Below are positions 11,929 to 47,670 of a stretch of 64,000 nucleotides of DNA, one piece after another. Source of the DNA: Macrostomum lignano (lineage: Eukaryota); contig NIVC01001884.1 of assembly GCA_002269645.1 (NCBI GenBank), positions 124,001 to 188,000 of the forward strand, in the 5' to 3' direction. Both the position numbers and the translations under genes were made by a program. Every line of letters starts with the position of its first letter. Position 1 is the stretch's first letter. Under the pieces are notes generated by a model, which saw only the letters and a program-made list of their open reading frames with translations, had not been told where the DNA came from and did not search any database.

Positions 11929-11966
<38 letters not shown>

Positions 11967-12803
11967 ACTATGGAGGTCTCCGTCGGACAAGGGTGCAGCC
12001 TCCTCGATATTTACGTCATCCTTGACGTCACCCCGATGGTCTCCGTCTCCATCATCATCCGACCATCCTGCCTCCTCTAACAGCACATCGGGGAATCCGT
12101 CTGCTCAACCTCCATGTGGACAGTCGGTTCAGCAGCACCGTGGTCTCCAACGGGGACAGCAGCCGCCTCATTTTGGGCGTCCTGTCGCTGTTGAGCGAGA
12201 CGCTCACGACGCCTTCGTTGTCGAAGTGCGTCACCGCGACGCAACCGTCCTGTTGGGTCGGCATCAGCAGCTTCGCGCTCCCTGCGCCGATAGACTTTTC
12301 GCTGGGCCGCCCTGTCAGCCATTTTGGCGCTGCAGACATTTTCGGACAAGTATTTTGTGACGAGGTGCGTGTAAAAGAAATAGACTCCTACTCTAAACTG
12401 CCAGTGTTCGTACAACAAATACTAGCTACATTGACAGAAAAGGGTACAAAAATAATTGAGACGACGATACACGAGAATTCAAAAATCCAAATGCAGTCCA
12501 AAAACGTGCGGACACAGCTATATACTTGCAATCTTACACTGGGAACCAAGAACCACTAGAACTTAGTTGAATCAGAAGGTGGCACTCGTAATTGTTGCAC
12601 ATTTTTTAAGGCTAGCTTGTTTACGTGTGTACTCATACGATGTTGAGGCTTTAATTCCTGTTAAATCTACATCAGTCTAGTGGTCCTTGGTACAAACTGC
12701 CATATCACCCTGGCATCCACCGGCGTCACATACATATATAAATTCATGAACGGAGGTAGCAGTTATTCCTCATTTGGAGTACATGATATTTGGAGTACGC
12801 TGT

Positions 12804-13765
12804 CTAGCAGGGCAGACCAGTTAATGCGATACGGAGTTGGCTCTTATAGTTGTTTGAAACAGGCTGGGCAAGGGTGAGGACCGGGTTGTTCACCTCGTCC
12901 TCGTCGAAACCAGGAATCCCACTGGTTAAATCCGAGGCTGTTAGGACGTCATCCAACAGAGCAGACCAATTTATTTCACCACTCATTTCAATTTGCCAGC
13001 TGTAAGTCAAATATGCAGGTGACAAACATGTACAATACCGTGAACGTTCGCTACATATCGCTACATAAGGCTACACGACATACACCATACCATCCTCAGC
13101 AGGACCTCAACAAGATCTAAGCTGGGAACAACCCAAACAGACGCTGCTGCATCTACACATGCGCACTTTTACATGTACTTGCAGTAGAATGTCATTTAAC
13201 CACACAAAAACTACACGACGATGGACGCCAACATACAAATTGTGCATTAAACGTACGTGTACAAGTAGTTCGTTAACCCCGCTGTGGTATGCGTACTGGT
13301 GCAGGAGGGGGTGGGGAGGGGGCGGAGACGGTGGAGGATTGCGACGATGCGGGAGCAGGGGCAGTCTAAAAAATCTTCGCCCAATTCATCATCTTCTTCC
13401 TCTCGATCCTCTTCTGCTGCAGCTTGTCGCTGCCTTTGAAGCTCCAGCACCTCCTGCTGCCTCCGCACGCCCACCTGCTGGTACTCTAGTAGCTGTTGCT
13501 GTCGCTCCAACAGCCGCTGTTGCTCCTCGAGCAGCCGCTCTAATGCAGCAAGCCTGTCTTGCTGCTGCTGCATGCTGGGGTTCTGTACATTATGTGGCTG
13601 TGGTAACTGCTGCTGCTGATGCAGATTCGCCTGCAGCTGCTCAACTACCAGCCGCTGTCGCTCTCCAAACTCTTCCCGCAGGTCCTCCAGATAAGGTATC
13701 ACAACCTCAGGTGCCTCGTCCTCCATCACGTCCTCCTCTTCCTCCAGTTCATTACGTGGATCCAT
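12804..13765 (-). pseudogene. Putative spliced acidic / Gln-rich coiled-coil gene of unknown function inside the CACTA-like element
   Basis: ORF MDPRNELEEEED..QQQQDRLAALERLLEEQQ..; probable frameshift in a T-run into a Pro-rich segment; further exon after TTACAG (WQIEMSGEINWSALLDDVL). No family recognised. Confidence 0.4.
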
Positions 13766-15204
13766 GGGTACCTATATAGCTTCAAAAAGCAGCTGCACAG
13801 TAGTATTGTTGTCCTGATTACATTCCCCCCACAAGAGGCTATACCAGACCATTATTTATCAACTATTTGCAATCTAGCTGAGGAACTTCTCTCACTTCCC
13901 TAGTTAAATTGGTGTAGACGAATCAAGCAGCGGAATTACATGTACACATGCAACGAAGCCTTCGTAGGATAAAATGAACAACGCAAGAAAAAAGTAACAC
14001 CGATCAGGATTAAAAAGCACCTCAAGTGCTGGCAGTTGCCAAACTGGCTAACTATAGGTATAAAACATTTTGGAGCAAACAGCTCATTTCTAAGTTTGCG
14101 TTTAGTTTCTCTTGACATAAAAAGTCTTCTTACATCACACTGAAGTTCAAACCGTACTACACTCTTCACCTCCGTGTAATATACATATTCACCTACAGTC
14201 TACAAGTACATTTTAAAACGCACCAGAAAATCACAACAGATCAGACACCCACAATAATTTCTAACGGAATGACAAAATGATAGATTGTGTATATGGTTTT
14301 GGAGGTAGACAATGATAAATTTTTCACAAGTGGCGAAGCCACGAGTGACTAAAATTTATCTTTGTCTATGACAAAACCATATACACAAACACATTGTCTT
14401 ATGAATGTATTTTTAGAAGCCTAAAATAATGACTCCTAAGCGTGGAATAATGAGCGTACAGCATGACACAATGTATTTAGGAAGCAAATAGAAGTTATAA
14501 ATCTTCTCTGCAACACGCTTCCCTGCACCGTACAAACCGAAGTCCAGTTAATTGAATGTAGGCGTCGGCATTCGACCAGTGACAGTTGGAACAGACCCCG
14601 CCGCTGAACAATAGCTGCAAAAGTGAGCAAAAAGGCTTTTTAGAAAGCAATAAACACTCCGTTTTAGCTTATTGAACTCTAATTGCACTAACTAGCCTAC
14701 TGAGTTAGTAGAAAGTTTGGCGCTAGTACAACGATTCTTAGACGACTTTTTCGCGACTCTTTTACGCTTCTACAACTCACGTGACGTGACGCGCTTTTGA
14801 TGCAAGAGTCACTTCTCCGTCGCATTTGACGCGTTTGAGTCGTTAAAAAGTCACAAGAGTCGCCCCAGACGCTCTAGAGTCACTAGAGAGTTGTTTGCAA
14901 CGACTTTTTAGCGACTCTTGTCACGGTATCGTTTTCAACGGGATCGCAGCTGAGCCTGACTGACCGCAGTCCTGGTCACTGTTCTGGTCACTCAGCTGAC
15001 TACAGCGAGATACGGCCAGGGTAGGTGAAGTGGATACGACGGCGTATTCGTAGTATTTGCTGTAGTCAGCAGCTGCCGTGTCAACCAAGTAAGTTGCAAC
15101 CTGAATTTAAATGTTAGAAATTTAGAGGATAGTATAATACTGGTATACGTGTACGGATTGGCAGTAAAATGCTGCAATGCATAACAATTTGACTAGCGAG
15201 TGCA

Positions 15205-18867
<3,663 letters not shown>

Positions 18868-19063
18868 TGCAACTGCTTGCGAGGCCATGTTGCGATGCGA
18901 GTTGGCAAACAGAAACTTAGCCCTCTCCTTTGAGAGCTTAAGCTCAATACGATATACTTCTTGGGTATACCATAAACAATTCATCATACAATGTACGATG
19001 CATCACGTTATCTCTTATCTTTTGGGAAAGGAAAGACTCGAACACCTGCTTCTCTGATAAATA

Positions 19064-19934
19064 TAGCATTTTGCAGTCAAGTTTGAACTGCGGGCATTCA
19101 AATTAGACGCTTGACCAGATCTCACTGCTGGCACAAATGCTATCTATGGCCTAGACAAAATCACACTGGTGGGCACTCAATTTAGACAAGGGGCATTCAA
19201 ATTAGACAAGTTCTCAGGCGCATTGGCTGGGCAATTCAAGATCGTGTTGCGTCTGTTGTCAGACAACCATTCTGTGAACCCTGAACTATGAAGATAAGAA
19301 CAAGTTATAACAAAGTAAGCATGTGTGAACAAACAAAACAGGGTGCTCAGCACATCAATGAACAAGAGTCTCACAAGAGTCTCATCTGATAGAGAATTCA
19401 AACGATGTCTTCATTTGCCAGACAGCGTGGGATGAAGCGGAGCGTGTGCTGATACCAGTGAACGCACTTCAGTGGAGTCACGTCATCCATCGCGATTTCC
19501 CCGCACCTCTGCAGCACCATCAGTCTCCATTGAACGGCAGTCATGTCAGGAGGCGGAACAGCCAATTCTCTCTGAACTTCAGGATTGGACAGCTGCCTCT
19601 TGACTGCTGATTTAAAGGCACTGTGAGCCAGTTCAACTGGGTTCAGGAAAGGAGAGTAAGGTGGTAAGATCTTCAGTTCAATTCGACCAACCCACTCCGC
19701 CGGGATTTGCAATCCGTCGTGGATTGTCCATGGTCTTTCTCCCTGGCACACATAGACTTTCCGCTGCTTGTCTAATTTGAATGCCCGTTGTCTAAATTGA
19801 GTGCCCGTCAGTGTGTTTCAGTTTGTGCCACAGACATAAAGTTCTGCTTGACTTGGGGACCTATTCTGAAATTTGGCTCTTCCCTTCTTGTCTAATTTGA
19901 ATGCCCGCAGTTCAAACTTGACTGCAAAATGCTA
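19064..19934 (-). mobile_element. Internally deleted Tc1/IS630-superfamily transposon (871 bp) with long IR/DR ends
   Basis: Perfect about 45-bp outer IR TAGCATTTTGCAGTCAAGTTTGAACTGCGGGCATTCAAATTAGAC flanked by TA; three GGGCA(T/C)TCAA(A/T)TTAGAC direct repeats per end; ORF 19398-19751 contains LPPYSPFLNPVE (DDE C-terminal motif). Confidence 0.9.
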
Positions 19935-20339
19935 TAATTTGATTTGCAGACAGACACACAGCACTTTCGTATCCGTTGCAGATATTTCATCGGTTTATTT
20001 TTCGTCGAGCAACACCAATATTTTAAATATACTCGTACGAGCGTATCAATTACTCGTACACAATTATCAATTGCTCAAAATTTTAGTTCAAGGCAATGAC
20101 CTCCATGCAATGGTCGTGTAGAGATCTCCAAACCTAGTAGGCTACTAGAAGTAGTAAGATAAAATTATGAATTATGAATTATGAAAAAAAGTTAAAAAGG
20201 GGTCGCTTCACAAGCTCGAAATTTCACAACCTCGAAAAGCACTTCCTTTCACAAACCCGAAACTTCATAAGCTCGAAATTTCATATCCTCGAAAATTTTA
20301 GCAAGCGACTTCACAAGCTCGAAATTTCACCCATCTTCT

Positions 20340-20628
20340 CCATCAACCCGTCCGTCAACTACAGCTTGATAAAATTACTCTCGTTTCCGTCGGCGATCTC
20401 AGGAAGCTGCAAATCGGGCCTGACTCCTGGTACTCCGAGGAACTCAGGCAGAGGTGCTGGCCTGGCATCAGCGCCATCTTCAACAAGATGCCACTGATCT
20501 CCTACGATTAACGCATCATGCTCTTCTTCCTGGTCACTGTGGGGATGTTCAACTTCGGATCCGTCAATTGAATCATCATCAGCAGTGAACCAGCTCACGT
20601 CCGAGTCTCCGTCAAAGTCTAACGCCAC
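20340..20628 (-). pseudogene. piggyBac-like transposase N-terminal fragment
   Basis: Acidic N-terminus followed by P..PEFLGVPG..NFIKL, a pattern seen at the start of piggyBac-family transposases; no TTAA/CCC termini found. Confidence 0.45.
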
Positions 20629-21419
20629 AATGACTCTGGAGCGAATTGCTTGGTGCTTTGGGTAGACAGAGAACTAAAATATCCAATTGTATAGTGAGAC
20701 TGTTTCTGTATTTCTGAAGCAGGTCCTTGGCAGAACTATTATAAGCAGGACAGTGATTTTAATAAATATCTATGGTCCAAAATAGTTCGATCCCTTTCCA
20801 TATTTCCCTGTATGGTTTTCTCATAAATGACAGACATGCAGCCATAGCATTTGGTCTCCAGCCATAGACAAATTATCTTTTAGTTAAGCGGCTTTGCAAC
20901 ATACGGGTATACTTGTGGAGCAAGCTGCCGTCTGGAACGGGGGTAGAAATTTTGACACTCATGCACTTGGCACGAAATCGTGCCAGCCAGCCGTTGGCAA
21001 AGGGTGTGACGCATTTTTTGATTCGTCGCGTAGAGGTTAACCGATAGGAGCACACGACTCCGATTCCGTTAGTTCTAGAAGAAGACGCCCTCTCTGGAGG
21101 ACCTCGTATTGTTATAGAAGTTGATTTTGTTATTAGGGCGCATCGTTGACATTGATTTCTGCGCTCGAGTAATACTGCGACGTCGATTTTATTGTTACGC
21201 TCTCGCTTTCGGCTGATTTTAGACTTCAAGAAGACTACCCCGGGAGGAACAGCTCTACGGAGACGAGCTCTACGGACACACGCAACAAAGAAGAGGAGCC
21301 CACAACAGTAAGTGATCACTGATTTTGTTCCCAGGCTCAAGTGTCTGGAAGTGGGAGTTTTCGAGTGACTGATCACCACTCGATCAAACTCTTCAGTCGG
21401 CCATTCTTTTGAATCAGAA

Positions 21420-21851
21420 TTAATTACGCCGGTAGCTTTTCTTCATAATTCTGAAACGAAAAAATCCACGTTTCTGCTTGCTTGAGAACTTCGGTCCTTC
21501 ATCACCGCTGGCGAGTGGCCGTGGGAACAGATGGTTCTTCTTGGTGGCCTTAGGCAGCAAAGCCAGGTATCGCTTCACCCTAGCAGTGTCGTACATGTAG
21601 ATCCGAGCCTGATTGTTGTCGCTGTGGTGTTTGGCCTTCAGCAGATCAGCTGACTTGTTCTTCGATGGCAGCGTAGGGAGGCAGCAGTAATCCTGTCCGT
21701 CTGAGTCGGTGTGCAGCTGCAGGCAGGTCCTCTCCTTCATGAACTTTATGTGCTCTTGCCGCGCTCTCCGAAGCAGTACAAACTGTAGAACAGGAGCTTG
21801 TCGAACCGGAAGGTTTTGCCAGTGAAAGGGAAAAGTTGTCGACTCTATCAC
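21420..21851 (-). pseudogene. Crypton-like tyrosine recombinase fragment (DUF3504-like)
   Basis: LRRARQEH..LQLHTDSDGQDY..SKNKSADL..ARIY..YLALLP..LFPRPL..FSSKQKRG follows the order of Crypton YR motifs; the downstream HxxR/H/Y catalytic part was not found. Confidence 0.6.
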
Positions 21852-22984
21852 AAGTTACATAGGGGTCGCTGACAAGCTAAGGAGAGCTCTCTCCTCCGTC
21901 GCGAAGCCTTTCTGCCATAGACGAAAAGTAAAAATCCATAGACATTTCGTCTTAATATAGAGAGCTGCAGCACGGTCGTTGCCTTGAATTCTCCCCGTCG
22001 CGAGGCCTTTTTGCCATAGACAAAAATTAAAATTCATCGACCAATGAAAATTTAGAGCAATGAAGCTCATTGAAACCGCCTTTCAATTACAGCCATAGAC
22101 TGAAAGTAAAATTGGTGTGAATTGACTACAAAAATCCCAAAAGCAGGGGTAGTCTGATCATCGTGTGTAGAAGCAGCTTTATGAAAATTCAACTCCGGAG
22201 TTGAAAAAGGAAAACACTTTTGTGCTAGATGTGTAGAAATGAAGCTCCGGACACGAAAATCAGACAGGTAGAAATCTCGTAAAAATCAGCCTCCAATATT
22301 TTTTCGCATGAATCTCTAGTTTCTTGTCCATGGATTTTAGTAGTCCCTGGCGCATCTAAATTCATTGTGTCGGACTAAGCGAAACTTCTGATTATCAAAA
22401 GTAGCAGATTTTCCGTTGTTTTTATATGCGGCGCTTCCTCTTAGAATTTCTATTTTATTAGAAGTGCTATCTCTTTGGGTTCTTTCATCTGTGATTCATA
22501 ACTCCGGCTGAGAAATTCGTACTTAGCTTAGCCTGATAAAATGTTATCAGGTGCTCTGTTTAATTCCAGTGCAATAGAGAACGTACCCTAGTAAACAAGC
22601 ACAATATCGTCCCAGGCACTAGGTTGCTGCATGCAACTACGCTCACTCTGCTCCTCCGCATTGAAACATGACGGTGTGGGGTTGCTGCGTTGCTGTCTGG
22701 CTTCTGACATTGTAGCCGTGAAAGTACAGTCCCCAGCTCTGCCACAAACAACTGCTCCTGGCTAGCTTTGTATCCATTGCTCTGTCCCTCTCTCCTAATT
22801 CACCCCTCCTTCACTGCTTACCGCATTTCTACCCTCACTCGGGCCACAGTCAGCTTGTTTAGCAAGCCTTATAAAAACATACAGAGAGCAAGAAAGAGGC
22901 ACTAACACAAGCAAATACTTTCGACTCTACACATTAGACTCCTAAGCGCAGTAGTGGCACTAGCAGCAGCAGTAGCAGTTAGCT

Positions 22985-32953
<9,969 letters not shown>

Positions 32954-33746
32954 GCACAGTGAGCACAGCACTGACACAGCCCCAACTGGCTTCCTCTCGC
33001 CACCCCCAAAGGAAATTCCAAGCATGCCATCTGAACGTTTGCTGTGTATCATCATTGGGCTGCAGTTTTATTACTTAGATTTTTTCTGGAAACTCTTTCT
33101 AAACCTAATAACTCATACTACTAACAGTAGCGAAGCTTACTAACATTAGCTAGAACCATTTTTATTACGCAGTAAATCCGATCTTTTAATTGATTTGATC
33201 TCAAATGTTTTCTTGTTTCAATCAATCTATTTATTTATTAATCAGCACCTGCTTCTACGCTTTGAACTTAATTCCTCGGCCCAGTAGTTAACCTGCTAAT
33301 TTAACCTGCAGGTTAACCTGCTAACCTGCTAATGAAAACGAATAAACAGTTCTTGTTGAGTCTTTTGTGTTAATTAATTGACAGTTAAAATTTATTAGCA
33401 ATTTGCAGGTGCTAATGGGAGTAAGCAAGGTGATAGATACTAATTTGTTTATGTCATGCGATTTTATTATAAACGATGGCACAACAATGCTTAAGCTACT
33501 GGTTATCCTACTTATACACGCTGATTCTAACGTTACAAATTCAAATAAAGTGACAACAGATGAGCAAATGATTAGTCAGTAGCTACAGGTATTGCAAATT
33601 AATAATCAAAATTGACACAGAAGTGTATTTTTTAGACAACAGGCAAATTAATATTCGGTGTTCACAACAGTTTACTCCAGGAGGTACAGTCCTTTGTCTT
33701 GGTCAGATAGCGCGAGGTCAGAGTCCCCGATATGTAGCGTATTTAC

Positions 33747-44518
<10,772 letters not shown>

Positions 44519-44664
44519 CTCGGCGCCCAGCGGTCCGTTGGTGCCGAAGCCGAAAGCGTTGCCGCCGACGTCTCCGAGGCCGAGCGAGCTGTAGTGGCCG
44601 CTGCTCGCCTCCTTGTGGAAGCCCGCGGAATAGGCGTCCCGGAACTGGCCTGCGGGCGGGCCGT

Positions 44665-45140
44665 CTGCCACTCTGCTTCACTCCGTCTGCCACTCTACCT
44701 CACTCCGTCTGCCACTCTGCCTCACTCCGTCTGCCACTCTGCCTCACTCCGTCTGCCACTATGCCTCACTCCGTCTGCCACTCTGCCTCACTCCGTCTGC
44801 CACTCTGCCTCACTCCGTCTGTCACTCTGCCTCACTCCGTCTGTCACTCTGCCTCACTCCGTCTGTCACTCTGCCTCACTCCGTCTGTCACTCTGCCTCA
44901 CTCCGTCTGTCACTCTGCCTCACTCCGTCTGTCACTCTGCCTCACTCCGTCTGTCACTCTGCCTCACTCCGTCTGTCACTCTGCCTCACTCCGTCTGTCA
45001 CTCTGCCTCACTCCGTCTGTCACTCTGCCTCACTCCGTCTGCCACTCTGCTTCACTGTCTGTCACACTACCTTAATCCGTTTTTCACTCTGCCTCACTCC
45101 ATCTGTCACTCTGCTTCACTGTCTGTCACACTACCTTAAT
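44665..45140. repeat. 22-bp minisatellite (CTCTGCCTCACTCCGTCTGTCA) upstream of innexin A exon 1
   Basis: Directly visible. Confidence 0.95.
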
Positions 45141-47670
45141 CCGTCTGTCACTATGCCTTACTTCGTCTGACACTCTGTCTCTCTACAGACGGAAACTGTG
45201 CCTCAATCATTTTGTCACTCTCCTTATCTGCGACAAAATCATCTCACCTGTTACCAACCTCTACACCAGTCACACCCACACACCTGTCTTAGCGGTGGCT
45301 CTGCACCTGTTACCCTCAAACTAATCTTATTCAAACAGTAATTTTCATTCAGCATAATTCTCTCGAATCAGTGCACATCATGCGCTGGTTCATGCCCTAC
45401 CTTCCTTGCGAAATGCCACTTTGCCGGCTGTAGCGGTTCTAACCGAGCGGTTTCGGGCACAAACAGACGGCTCCTGCTCGAATCTGCTTTTTCGGCTAAT
45501 CCTTGGTTTTAAAAGCAAATTTTCTTTTTAAGGGGCCCGAGACTGAGCCGCTGTCGCCTTCACATCTTTTTTTGTCTGTTTCAGGCGCTTTCAGTAGCCT
45601 TGAATGGCTGCCTGCTGTCTCCCTCTCTCCATTCTCTAAAGCCTCTTGTGGGCTGCTCTGATTGGCTGAGCCAGTCAAATAGCCAATCAAACCAAATATG
45701 AGCGATTAGAGCTGGCTTTTGATGGACTGATTGACACCGGCCTCCTATTATATCTACAAGACCTATGTACCTATGTGCGGTTAGTAGGCTGTTTGCGTCG
45801 CCCATGGACAGCTGCAGAGCTGTAGTACAAAGACGCTTACAATCGATTTTCTGAGAAAGGAGCTGTGTGTCTTGTGAATGCTTTGAAGAAATCGGATTTT
45901 CTCGATATAATTTGTCTATGGCAGAACCCCATTCAACGCCGCGCGTTCTCTTCTAGAGGCTAAAATTTATACACGCAAAAATTTAACTTTCAATATTTTC
46001 AAAACGGGCGTTTTTCGACTCCTGAATTTCAATTCCTGAATTGAGAAAAAATAAAATTCGTAAAATAATTGCTAGTTGCTACTTTGAGTAGCTGGAACAA
46101 ATGCTCATTGCGTAGAAAAATCTACTTACTTTAGGAAAGCTGAAGCACTCTGCTGGTAATTATGCACCCTAGCTGCAGGCAGTGCGCCTAAGAATCCCAA
46201 CCCCTAATTAGGGGCCTTTTTGGCCCAGCAGCTCAGTGCAAGTCAGTGCATTGTTAGTTTGCAATAATTATAAGAGGCTGCTGGCGCAACTTCTGACCTT
46301 GCGGTCGGCCAGCATTCAGCGAGGAGTCAATTATGCATGTAAATTTCTGAGCACACGGCTGCGTACGCAGATACAAGCACGCACAGGGGGGTAAAGCGGT
46401 CCCATGACTTCCTTCATCTTCAGACAGAGTACTGCAGGCTCTACGGCTGGGAGACTGACAAGCCAAAATCCAGTAATTTGGAAAGGATTTTTTCAGTTCA
46501 ACTTTTTTGCACCTGTGCCCATCCATGGTCACCAGCATATTTGAAATTGGACGCGAAAAACCATGTTTACCATTTACTGAGAACCCTAGCCTAACCACAG
46601 ATGCTAGACTAACTAGATGGCTGGTGACTAGATGACTTTGATAAGTTTAGAAACCAACAAGCTTCAAGCACAGACGTAAGCAGCTTACTAATTGGTTCAG
46701 CCATAATGTACATTAGCCACTGAAATGTACAAGGTAGATTTAGGCCGGAACAACCGAGGAAGGTAATAAAAATAGGGTGGCCCCGGGGTAGAGGCTGTGG
46801 ATTTTGGGGGACTTTAGCTTGGGGGGGGGGGTAAGAGACAAATAAAGAAACCTTGTCTTTAAAAATACATTAAAACGCTTCAGTTTAACTTACTACTGAA
46901 CTGAAAGTAGCTCACACGCAAATGTGCTGAGTGGTTAATCTAGTTATTTTAGTATCTGTGGCCCTAACCAAATCCCGCACAAGATTAAGGATACAATGGC
47001 CCTAACGACAAAATGTCAGTCAAAACATTGGGCTGGGCTTAGTTTATATATATATATATATATTTGAAAATATCGACTAAACTAGCAATATATATGCAAC
47101 TTTTTACGTGGTGCTTTGATTTTACTTTCAATTATTTCAATGTGCGCTCTCTCGGAACTTCCTACTTTCAAGACGGCATTGGTCTAAGAGATCTGCTTAT
47201 CACAGAACGGGACAGGATAGCGGATGAGAACAGCAGGGATCAGGGCTGCGACGGTCTGGTGCTGCTGCGCACTGTATATAGCAAACATCTAATCGAAGGA
47301 ATGCAAAAAATGCTCAAAGTGATCGAATTAATTTTTCGAGCCAGAGATGGAGTTTCTTTCTAGCTAAAATAACATCTAAGTAAAACCATTGGACACGCAT
47401 GGCTAGCCTACAGAGAAACAGTTAACAGCAAGTGGAATTGGGGGGGGGGGGGCTGAGTCAATCGCAGTTCAATGAAACCGGATGCCCCGAGGCCGCTCGC
47501 TGGAATTCGGATTTCCGGTTCAGTACTCAAGTCTATCTTCCTGGCGCAGTTACCTAGGCCTTCTGCATCCAGGGAAGAGCTGACTGCACTGACTGCCAAG
47601 CCAGTGAATAAGCTTTGTACATTCAACTGCACTGCTCAAGTTCTGGATTGGCCCACTCAGCTGTCCTGGG

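Larger units (their letters stand above)
7185..12322 (-). pseudogene. CACTA/EnSpm-family transposase, frameshifted and split by LINE insertions at 9607-11928
   Basis: Start MADRAAQRKVY (12322), acidic/poly-Ser tract, LPAGGCIPTSKHLL, CLKC..CENC zinc finger, SYVVCIDGFPVSTS, ICPVYLSVVELP, DAPQRA..KRFNAVHGCDKC, LTYNVHH, FESQHG, C-terminus ..VMPHTQVSHS* near 7185. Confidence 0.85.
4790..14942 (-). mobile_element. Large decayed CACTA/EnSpm-like DNA transposon (transposase plus two accessory genes); left end not identified
   Basis: Co-oriented transposase, BEN-like gene and Gln-rich gene; candidate terminus CCCGTTGAAAACG.. (minus strand, starting at 14942) with clustered subterminal GCGACTCTT / ACGACTTTTT repeats in both orientations at about 14740-14925. 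Extent is inferred. Confidence 0.55.

Noticed and set aside
20873-21379. 168-aa minus-strand ORF next to the Crypton-like fragment
   Set aside because: No recognisable motifs; the expected YR catalytic residues could not be placed.
33301-33316. Perfect 16-bp palindrome TTAACCTGCAGGTTAA in the oxidase 3' region
   Set aside because: Too short and embedded in local TAACCTGC duplications; no evidence for a TTAA-type element.
44672-47670. Innexin B and A as a trans-spliced operon
   Set aside because: The spacer is about 2-3 kb with promoter-like CCAAT motifs and repeats; nothing in the sequence supports polycistronic organisation.
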